64,000 nt of DNA from an uncultured archaeon (GTDB lineage Archaea > Thermoplasmatota > Poseidoniia > MGIII > CG-Epi1): positions 19,627-83,626 of the forward strand of contig CAZOEZ010000001.1 of assembly GCA_964578995.1 (NCBI GenBank). The letters run 5' to 3'. Shown piece after piece: positions 56,922 through 64,000 of the stretch (the stretch's first letter is position 1; every line of letters starts with the position of its first letter). Made by a program: the position numbers and the translations under genes. Under the pieces are notes generated by a model. That model was not told the origin of the DNA. It did not search any database and saw nothing but the letters and a program-made list of their open reading frames with translations.

Positions 56922-57568
56922 TTTGTGGTGTAGATGAAGCTGGAAAAGGGCCTGTTGTAGGGCCTTTAGTTGTTGCTGCTGTCGCTGTAAATAATGCAAA
57001 AGATATAGCAAATTTGGGAATGAAAGATTCAAAACAATTAACACAAAGGAAAAGAAAAGAATTGTATAATAGAATTAAGGCAGAATTCAATTTTGCTGTA
57101 GAAATAATTAAGCCTGAAATAGTAGATGAATATAGAAAGAAAAACAAGTTGAATGAATTAAATCGTGAAGCTTTTGAAAGACTGATTTCCAAACTAGACC
57201 CAAACATAGCTTATGTCGATGCTGCTGATGTTAATGAACAAAGATTTGGTAGTCAAATTAAAGCAAACCTTACCAATAAGAATGATACTGATGTTATCTC
57301 TATGCACAAAGCGGATGCAAAAATAGAAGTTGTTGCGGCCGCATCTATAATTGCTAAAGAAACAAGAGAAAAGGAAATTGAAAAACTTAAGGACAAAATA
57401 GGAGATTTTGGTAGTGGATATCCCTCTGATGAAAGGACAATTAAGTTTTTGAAGAGCTTTTATGCTGATAATGGTAAGTGGCCTACTGGTACTCGTGAAA
57501 GTTGGAAAACTTTGGAACGAATACGACCTGTAAAAACACTTGATGACTTCGGTGAAAATAATGACTAA
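56918..57568 (+). CDS. rnhB: ribonuclease HII
   Basis: 216 aa (GVDEAGKGPVVGPLV, DSK). Confidence 0.9.
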   Translation: MICGVDEAGKGPVVGPLVVAAVAVNNAKDIANLGMKDSKQLTQRKRKELYNRIKAEFNFAVEIIKPEIVDEYRKKNKLNELNREAFERLISKLDPNIAYVDAADVNEQRFGSQIKANLTNKNDTDVISMHKADAKIEVVAAASIIAKETREKEIEKLKDKIGDFGSGYPSDERTIKFLKSFYADNGKWPTGTRESWKTLERIRPVKTLDDFGENND

Positions 57569-57902
57569 CAGCGTAATAAATTTGCTTGGTGAAAAAGTGG
57601 TAGAGTTTAATTCCAGAATAGACAACGAACCTAACTTCTCTAAAATGATTGAGGGAAAGAACAGAACAATCTGTATTTGTGTTTCAGATGGTGATACTTA
57701 TTCGAGTAAATTAGAAAATTTGAGAATTGAAGATTTTGTTAGAACAGAAGATATGAATGCCGATTTAGTAGTAACGGCAAATTCAGAAATTTTATCAGCA
57801 CTAATCCAAAGAGACATTTCACCGGTTAAAGCTTACATGTCTGGTGATTTAAAGGTCAAAGCAAGTTTAACTGACATGCTACTTCTCAAAAGATTATTCT
57901 AA
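57540..57902 (+). CDS. SCP2 (sterol-carrier-like) domain protein
   Basis: 120 aa with a C-terminal AYMSGDLKVKASLTDMLLL pattern. Confidence 0.6.
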   Translation: MMTSVKIMTNSVINLLGEKVVEFNSRIDNEPNFSKMIEGKNRTICICVSDGDTYSSKLENLRIEDFVRTEDMNADLVVTANSEILSALIQRDISPVKAYMSGDLKVKASLTDMLLLKRLF

Positions 57903-58625
57903 TTTTCTAGCAAAGATTGAATTGGATAAAGCTGCAATTTCACTAGGTTTTAGAACCTCTGCTCGTTCATCCATATTTTCTAAATCATCGACCTCGAGAT
58001 CTTTAAAATTTAATTTAAGACAATTACGTATTTTCTTTCTACGATGTGTGAAAATTGATCTAACCACTTCCTCAAACGTATCAAAATCATCCAACTCATA
58101 ATCAGGTGTACGACGCACTAACTGAACTACTTGGGAATGTATTTTGGGCTGTGGTTGAAATGCAGTTTTGGAAACTTTGAAAAGCTTTCTTGTGTCAACA
58201 TAATGATTAGCCATTACTGAAAGTCGACCATAGACCTTAGACCCTGGCCTAGCTACAAGGCGATTAGCAAATTCTTCTTGGAACATTAAAACAGCTCTCT
58301 TCCATTTATAATTAAACAATCTAAAAAGAATAGGAGAAGAAATGGAATATGGTAAATTTGCAACAATAACATCAATTTCAGGGACTTCAAATTTAAGAAT
58401 ATCATCTTCCACTATTTCAGCCCTATCTGCAAATTTTTGCTTAAGAACTACGGCAAGCCATCTATCTTTTTCTACAGCCAGTAATTTTCCTTTATCAACC
58501 AATAATTCAGTTAAAATTCCCCTGCCAGGACCTATTTCAAGTATTTTTTCACCATCTTCTATAGACGCTAATTTGACAATTTTATTAGCAATATTGTCAT
58601 CTATAAGGAAATTTTGTCCTAACAT
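57894..58625 (-). CDS. rsmA: 16S rRNA (adenine1518/1519-N6)-dimethyltransferase KsgA/RsmA (Dim1)
   Basis: The protein begins MLGQNFLID and has VLEIGPGRGILT and VANLPYSISS. The start is set at MLGQ, because the track extension to 58700 runs through tRNA-Val. Confidence 0.85.
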   Translation of the reverse strand: MLGQNFLIDDNIANKIVKLASIEDGEKILEIGPGRGILTELLVDKGKLLAVEKDRWLAVVLKQKFADRAEIVEDDILKFEVPEIDVIVANLPYSISSPILFRLFNYKWKRAVLMFQEEFANRLVARPGSKVYGRLSVMANHYVDTRKLFKVSKTAFQPQPKIHSQVVQLVRRTPDYELDDFDTFEEVVRSIFTHRRKKIRNCLKLNFKDLEVDDLENMDERAEVLKPSEIAALSNSIFARKLE

Positions 58626-58644
58626 CTTCTGTTTGCGCCTTGAA

Positions 58645-58720
58645 TGGTGGGCCGGGGCGGAATCGAACCGCCGATCTTCGCCTTGTAAGGGCGACGTCAT
58701 AACCCCTAGACCACCGGCCC
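58645..58720 (-). tRNA. tRNA-Val (anticodon UAC)
   Basis: Perfect cloverleaf. Acceptor GGGCCGG/CCGGCCC. D-arm GUC...GAC. Anticodon stem UCGCC/GGCGA with loop CUUACAA. T-arm GGCGG-UUCGAUU-CCGCC. Discriminator A and an encoded CCA. Confidence 0.88.
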
Positions 58721-58817
58721 GAGTAATAAGCTATGTCCAAGGGGTGGGGTCTGTGTAAACACTGTAGTACTAAATGCCATCCCTCAATTATAAATACAGT
58801 TTTGTGTCCAACGCCGT

Positions 58818-60380
58818 ATGCTTCAGCAATTAGAGCAGATGGGTATTCAACCATCAGCTGTACATTGTAATCTTTCACAAGATGAATGGAGAGAGCAAGA
58901 ACTAAAGAGAAATGAAGGAAGGCTGTCTGATAATGGAACTGTTATTGTTGATACTGGAATTTATACCGGCAGATCACCAAAAGACAGATTTATAGTAAAG
59001 AATAAATCAAATGAAAATCTTGTAGATTGGGGGGAAATTAACCAACCACTTAGCGAAGAAGCATTTGATGATTTAGAAGCTGCTGTAAAGAGGGAAATGA
59101 ATGCTAAAGAACTTTTTGTTTTTGATGGTTTTGCTGGCGCTGATAAAAGATACCAATTACCTCTTCGCGTAGTGACACTAAAATCTTGGCAAGGCCATTT
59201 TTCACATAATATGTTTATACGTCCTAATGATGAAGAATTGAAGGGATTTAACCCTGAATTCACTATCTTAAATGCTTATTCTACGAAAGTTGAGAATTGG
59301 GAAAAATTAGGTTTGAATTCACCTGTTTTTATTGTACTGAACTTAGAGAAGAAAATAGCCATTATCGGAGGAACAGAATATGGCGGTGAAATTAAGAAAT
59401 CAATATTCTCAGCGCTAAATTTTTACCTACCATTAGAAGGCGTTATGCCTATGCACTGTTCAGCAAATATAGGCAATGATGAAGATTCGGCACTATTCTT
59501 CGGTTTGAGTGGTACAGGAAAAACAACGCTTTCAACAGATCCAAATAGAAGATTAATAGGAGACGACGAACATGGCTGGTCTGACAACGGAATTTTTAAT
59601 TTTGAAGGTGGATGTTATGCAAAAACAATCAATCTTGATCCAACCAAAGAACCTGATATTTACAATGCAATCAAACCGGGTGCATTACTTGAAAATGTGA
59701 TAACAGATGAAAATGGTGTTGTTGATTACAGTGATGGTTCAATAACTGAAAACACAAGGGTCTCTTACCCTCTCAATTATATTGAAAACATAGAGCCGAC
59801 CGAACAAGGAGGTCACCCTGACAATGTGATTTTTCTTACTTGTGATGCATTTGGAGTTCTTCCACCTGTTTCTAAACTCACCCCCGAAATGGCAATGTAT
59901 CATTTTCTAAGTGGATATACTGCAAAAGTAGCCGGAACTGAGAGAGGTATTACTGAACCTGTAGCAACATTCTCAACATGTTTTGGGGCTCCCTTTATGC
60001 CTCAATATCCTACTACTTATGCTGAATTGTTAGGTAAAAAATTGAAAAAGCATAACGCACAGGCTTGGCTAGTTAACACTGGGTGGAGTGGCGGGGCATA
60101 TGGTGTTGGTAGTCGAATTGATTTACCTGTTACTAGAAGGATGTTAACTGCAATACTAGAGGGTGAATTGAATAATGTGAACTTTACACCTGATTCAAAT
60201 TTCAAAATATTGGTACCTGAAAGCGTACCTGACGTTGATTCTAATATTCTAAATCCTAGAAATACTTGGGATGATAAAGAAGCTTATGACGCAAAAGCTA
60301 AACAATTGATAAAACTCTTTAAAAACAATTTTACTCAATACGAAAGCTTTGGTGATTATTACAAAGCTGGACCTGACTAA
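58818..60380 (+). CDS. pckA: phosphoenolpyruvate carboxykinase (ATP)
   Basis: 520 aa collinear with PckA ([16 protein letters not shown] kinase-1a motif). Confidence 0.9.
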   Translation: MLQQLEQMGIQPSAVHCNLSQDEWREQELKRNEGRLSDNGTVIVDTGIYTGRSPKDRFIVKNKSNENLVDWGEINQPLSEEAFDDLEAAVKREMNAKELFVFDGFAGADKRYQLPLRVVTLKSWQGHFSHNMFIRPNDEELKGFNPEFTILNAYSTKVENWEKLGLNSPVFIVLNLEKKIAIIGGTEYGGEIKKSIFSALNFYLPLEGVMPMHCSANIGNDEDSALFFGLSGTGKTTLSTDPNRRLIGDDEHGWSDNGIFNFEGGCYAKTINLDPTKEPDIYNAIKPGALLENVITDENGVVDYSDGSITENTRVSYPLNYIENIEPTEQGGHPDNVIFLTCDAFGVLPPVSKLTPEMAMYHFLSGYTAKVAGTERGITEPVATFSTCFGAPFMPQYPTTYAELLGKKLKKHNAQAWLVNTGWSGGAYGVGSRIDLPVTRRMLTAILEGELNNVNFTPDSNFKILVPESVPDVDSNILNPRNTWDDKEAYDAKAKQLIKLFKNNFTQYESFGDYYKAGPD

Positions 60381-61351
60381 AGATATTCGGAAACCATTTC
60401 TCTTTCGGAAACTAATTCAGTATTCGTCTTAGCTAACGCCCCTTTAGCAAATTCATCATGTTCAAAACCCTCAACTACCTCATAATTACCTGGAGACACC
60501 GTGCGAACGGGCATACCGGCCCATACTCCATCTGCAAAACCATATTGCCCTTTACTGCATACTACTAACGAATGGATTGTATCACTAACAGTGTACAAAC
60601 TCTGGACATGATTGATTAATGCATTAGCAGCAGATGCTGCACTTGAAAGTCCTCTAGCTTTGATTATTGCTGCACCTCTCTTGCCAACGGCAGGTATGTA
60701 TTCATTTTTCAACCAATTATCATCACCAATAACTTCTGTAGCTGGTTTTCCTGAAATCAGTGCATTAGAATAATCTGGAAACATAGTTGGACTGTGATTT
60801 CCAAAGATAGCCATACATGATACTTCAGCAACATCAACGCCTGCTTTTACAGCAAGCATAGAAACAGCTCTATTCTGATCAAGGCGCGTCATAGCTGTAA
60901 ATCTATCTGATCCAAAACGATCTGATTGAGATGCTGCAATCATACAATTAGTATTACAAGGATTACCAACGACTACTATACAACAATTATCTGCTGCATT
61001 TTCTGCGATAGATTTTCCCTGGCCTACAAATATTTTACCATTATCCTTAAGCAAATCTGAACGCTCCATACCGGGACCTCTAGGTTTACTACCAACTAGT
61101 AAACCGAGATTTGCACCACTAAAGGCCTCATCTGGGTTTGATGTTACAATTACATTATCTAAAAGTGGGAAGGCACAATCTTGAAGTTCCATAGCCACAC
61201 CTCCAAGTGCCTCTAACGCGGGAGGAATTTCAAGTAGTTGTAATGATACTTTAGTTTGTGAACCAAACATCTCCCCGGCTGCTATCCTTGGAAGTAAACT
61301 ATAGCCTATCTGTCCTGCTGCCCCTGTTATTGCAATACGTACCGATGCCAT
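60377..61351 (-). CDS. mdh: malate dehydrogenase, NAD-dependent, cytosolic/Thermus type (MDH1-like)
   Basis: 324 aa collinear with MDH1 ([50 protein letters not shown]). Confidence 0.88.
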   Translation of the reverse strand: MASVRIAITGAAGQIGYSLLPRIAAGEMFGSQTKVSLQLLEIPPALEALGGVAMELQDCAFPLLDNVIVTSNPDEAFSGANLGLLVGSKPRGPGMERSDLLKDNGKIFVGQGKSIAENAADNCCIVVVGNPCNTNCMIAASQSDRFGSDRFTAMTRLDQNRAVSMLAVKAGVDVAEVSCMAIFGNHSPTMFPDYSNALISGKPATEVIGDDNWLKNEYIPAVGKRGAAIIKARGLSSAASAANALINHVQSLYTVSDTIHSLVVCSKGQYGFADGVWAGMPVRTVSPGNYEVVEGFEHDEFAKGALAKTNTELVSEREMVSEYL

Positions 61352-61443
61352 TAGGTTGCTATCAAGATAGGGGTGATAAAATTAACACTAAAGGTTACCC
61401 TAATCACCCATAATCCTTTTAGAGTGTCTGACTATATAGGTGC

Positions 61444-61611
61444 ATGAATGAACAAGTTACGGATGTAAAGAAATATGACATAAACCGAAGAATTTATCTC
61501 CCAAAATGGGTTGAAGAAGATTTAGGATTGATTCCTGGACAATCCTATGTTACATTCGTTCAAGATGGAAGTAATATTGCTATCAAAAAAGTAAGTATCA
61601 GTCTAGCTTAA
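61444..61611 (+). CDS. AbrB/MazE/SpoVT-type swapped-hairpin DNA-binding protein (55 aa)
   Basis: Not in the ORF track. Sequence: MNEQVTDVKKYDINRRIYLPKWVEEDLGLIPGQSYVTFVQDGSNIAIKKVSISLA. A GGTG Shine-Dalgarno lies 5 nt upstream. Confidence 0.5.
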   Translation: MNEQVTDVKKYDINRRIYLPKWVEEDLGLIPGQSYVTFVQDGSNIAIKKVSISLA

Positions 61612-63113
61612 ACTGTTTCTTTAAGCCACCGAAGGTCACTTTGGTAAAGCATTCGAATATCTTTTATGCCTAAATGCAACATAGCTAGTCTCTCTAAACC
61701 CAAACCCCAAGCTAACACAGGGCATTCTATTCCAAATGGAGCTGTAACTTCAGGTCGGAATATCCCTGCCCCTCCTAACTCAAGCCACTTATCACCAAAG
61801 CGAACTTCGACTTCTAAAGACGGTTCTGTGTAAGGAAAATATGCAGGTCTAACTCTAACATCATGGAATCCCATTCTCCTATAAAATTCCTTTAGAACAC
61901 CAATAAGCATTCCAAAATTAGCTTCAGGTTCAACAATTATGCCTTCAACTTGTGTAAATTCAGGTAAATGTGTAGCGTCCAAAGCTTCCCTCCTAAATAC
62001 TCGACCAACACTAAAAACACGAATCGGTGGCTCAGGATTATCTGATAAATAACGGATAGTACCAACTGTTGTATGTGTTCTCAAAAGTGCCTGCTGAGCC
62101 GTTTCCTTACTCCAATTACTGCCCCATCCAGTAGACTCAGTCTTGCCTCCGTCCTCATGGATGGATTTAACCTGATCTAACAAATCTTCATCATTTATGA
62201 CAAAAGATGCGGGTTCAGAAAGATAAAATGTATCTTGCAGCTCACGCGCAGGATGATCTTGTGGTATGAATAAAACATCCATATTCCAAAATGCTGATTC
62301 AACGTAATCACCCTCTATTTCTGTGAACCCCATTTGGAGAAATATAGAACGAATATCTTCGGTGAATCTCGTCAAAGGATGAAGTGTTGCAAAATCAGAA
62401 GCCTCAACTCCAGTGTCTGTGCTATATCTTTGGAAATCTTTTCCTTTCCATTCTCCGGATTGAAGCATTTCTGGCGTTAATTCACCTATAAGATTATCAT
62501 CTGTATTTTCAATATCAAATTTTTCACCCTCTTCAGTCAAATTAAAAATACGTGAAACTTCCTCTTTTGTCTCTAAAACCTGCCTACCTTTAAGTAAAGC
62601 AAGACCCTCTTTGTCTATTTCACTCTCAACCATAGGTTTTCGACTTAGAATTACCAAAACATTTTCATCAGGAGTTTCATCTATATTTCCCGTAGGCAAT
62701 AATTTCAATCCATCTTCTGTTTTTTCTAATTCAGCAAATTTCTTCCTTTTCAGCCAACCAATAACTACTTTCTTTTCATTATCGTCTAAAGGTAATTCAT
62801 CAACTAAAGACTCACCCATTTGATTAAGCCATTCTACCGCCCTTCGCTCAGGTAGGCCCTGTTCGGCATATTTCTTACCTTCTTCATTAGGAAAAAGAAA
62901 AATAGTTGATTCTTCAGATATCTCGACCAATCCCTTACTTCGAAGCCAAGATGCTGCAGACATTGCTTCTTTTTCGCCAAGCTCTGATTTCAGAGAAGCC
63001 TCGTTAGGAGAAAGAGGGCCCTCCTTCAAACATTTCAGCAATTTCAATTCATTAGGAGATAAGTCCACATTAACCATTGTATTAGGTAGTTTATTAATCT
63101 GCTCGAAAGCCAA
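61608..63113 (-). CDS. pheS: phenylalanyl-tRNA synthetase alpha subunit
   Basis: 501 aa archaeal PheS with class II motifs (FRPEVTAPFGIE, GWGLGLERLAML). Confidence 0.9.
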   Translation of the reverse strand: MAFEQINKLPNTMVNVDLSPNELKLLKCLKEGPLSPNEASLKSELGEKEAMSAASWLRSKGLVEISEESTIFLFPNEEGKKYAEQGLPERRAVEWLNQMGESLVDELPLDDNEKKVVIGWLKRKKFAELEKTEDGLKLLPTGNIDETPDENVLVILSRKPMVESEIDKEGLALLKGRQVLETKEEVSRIFNLTEEGEKFDIENTDDNLIGELTPEMLQSGEWKGKDFQRYSTDTGVEASDFATLHPLTRFTEDIRSIFLQMGFTEIEGDYVESAFWNMDVLFIPQDHPARELQDTFYLSEPASFVINDEDLLDQVKSIHEDGGKTESTGWGSNWSKETAQQALLRTHTTVGTIRYLSDNPEPPIRVFSVGRVFRREALDATHLPEFTQVEGIIVEPEANFGMLIGVLKEFYRRMGFHDVRVRPAYFPYTEPSLEVEVRFGDKWLELGGAGIFRPEVTAPFGIECPVLAWGLGLERLAMLHLGIKDIRMLYQSDLRWLKETV

Positions 63114-63858
63114 TATTACCTAACTCTTTAATTACATCCTCAAAAACAGTCTCGGGTTCTTTATCATTTGTATTTAAAACAATATCATAACCATCTAAAT
63201 TCCCATAATCAAATCCATACAAACCAGAGTATCTATGCCTATCATCTTCATCTCTACTCTGATTCTCTATAAAATCAGATATTATTTTCTGTTTATTCTC
63301 AATATCAAGAAGTTTTATTTCTACTTCTAATGCTTCTAAATTGTCATAATCTCCTCTTGGAATTTGATTTTTCCCTATCGAATAAGCATCCTCACCAGCT
63401 TCTCTCCTCAAAAAACGAAGGGCTTGATCTCGGATTGAACACTGGAAATAAAGCCTGACTAAATTTTTCTTGCCTAAACTTTCCATAAAATTACCCATAT
63501 AGGCTGGCTGTCTGCCCTCAATGACGCCCAAATTAGATTTTATTTTAGCCCCAGTAATCATCTGACATGTTTTGTAATCAATATCTACATCAATTCCTCT
63601 TTCAACCAAAAGTAAACGAGCTTGTTCTGCTACTGTTATTCCTCTATCCTTGGCAGCTTGCCTGAATAATGAACCTACAGAGTGAAACGAACCTCCCCAA
63701 AAATCTGCTAAACGTTTGGCTTGTGTAGATTTACCTGTTAATTGATCGCCAGCAATCAAAATCATAGGCTTATCAGTTATATCTTTTCTAAGTAATTCTA
63801 TAGAATTCTCTCCGATGTATGTCTTGAATGCAGATTCAATACCTGAAATATAATCCAC
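63094..63858 (-). CDS. cytidylate kinase-like P-loop kinase (bacterial Cmk type)
   Basis: 254 aa with P-loop IAGDQLTGKST and a Cmk-like C-terminal RDEDDRHRY motif. The start is possibly at MILIAGD. Confidence 0.5.
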   Translation of the reverse strand: MDYISGIESAFKTYIGENSIELLRKDITDKPMILIAGDQLTGKSTQAKRLADFWGGSFHSVGSLFRQAAKDRGITVAEQARLLLVERGIDVDIDYKTCQMITGAKIKSNLGVIEGRQPAYMGNFMESLGKKNLVRLYFQCSIRDQALRFLRREAGEDAYSIGKNQIPRGDYDNLEALEVEIKLLDIENKQKIISDFIENQSRDEDDRHRYSGLYGFDYGNLDGYDIVLNTNDKEPETVFEDVIKELGNIGFRAD

Positions 63859-63898
63859 TAATCTGAGGTCTCTGTAGTACTATTTACCTTTTTGGGGT

Positions 63899-64000
63899 TT
63901 AACAGGTAAATGAGGGGTCAAGATGGCCTGTAGAAGGATCACCAAAGTCAATAATCCGCCCATCCCAGTCTTCTTCGGCAACTAAGGCAATCAAACTATT
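63899..64000 (-). CDS. 3' end of a gene continuing beyond the window (partial, function unknown)
   Basis: An open frame runs in from the window edge and ends ...DPSTGHLDPSFTC with a stop at 63899-63901. Confidence 0.25.
   Translation of the reverse strand, partial: NSLIALVAEEDWDGRIIDFGDPSTGHLDPSFTC

Noticed and set aside
58597-58878. 93-aa minus-strand ORF and the N-terminal extension of the KsgA ORF (58626-58700)
   Set aside because: Both run through tRNA-Val (58645-58720). The KsgA homology begins at MLGQNFL, so the tRNA takes precedence.
1-64000. Search for CRISPR arrays, transposases, integrases and prophage genes
   Set aside because: I found no direct-repeat/spacer periodicity, no cas genes and no recombinase-like ORFs. 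The only tandem DNA repeat is the in-frame 51-bp coding repeat at 9879-10150.

Overview
This 64 kb window reads as a low-GC archaeal chromosome segment, most likely a euryarchaeon of the marine-group-II/Poseidoniales type. It is gene-dense on both strands and carries three kinds of content. First, archaeal informational genes: LonB, KEOPS Kae1+Bud32, Pus10, L21e, Rpo4/RpoF, DUF655, L41e, PheT, PheS, AsnRS, PriS, RNase HII and KsgA. Second, the archaeal mevalonate/isoprenoid-lipid set: the HMG-CoA synthase, thiolase and DUF35 operon, type-1 IPP isomerase, GGPP synthase and geranylgeranyl reductase. Third, a conspicuous set of secreted or surface proteins: a 1906-aa CARDB/Ig-like giant adhesin, an 860-aa beta-propeller/PKD protein, an LVIVD-repeat protein, a BNR/Asp-box protein and a purple acid phosphatase. 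There are two tRNA genes, tRNA-Pro(UGG) and tRNA-Val(UAC). I found no CRISPR array, no transposase or integrase, and no rRNA. Several enzymes are of eukaryote or bacterial type rather than archaeal: GS type II, IDI type 1, ALDH7, cytosolic-type MDH, ATP-PEPCK and bacterial-type Cmk. I see no single clear-cut defence island. The most unusual items are listed next. (1) A 630-aa hyper-acidic protein with a Zn ribbon, perfect 51-bp tandem repeats and two Tudor-like domains resembling the UvrD C-terminus. (2) A ubiquitin-like cytoplasmic tail on the giant adhesin. (3) Eukaryote-type glutamine synthetase abutting tRNA-Pro, opposite an Lrp regulator. (4) A fusion of a GXGXG domain to a degenerate glutamate-synthase FMN domain, next to IDI and GGPPS. 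(5) An Rpo4 carrying a Zn-ribbon insertion. (6) Three small genes absent from the ORF track: L41e, an AbrB-like protein and a Trm5-D1-like protein. The supplied ORF track uses alternative start codons (TTG, GTG, ATT), so several N-termini are over-extended; I corrected starts where tRNA overlap or homology made that clear.
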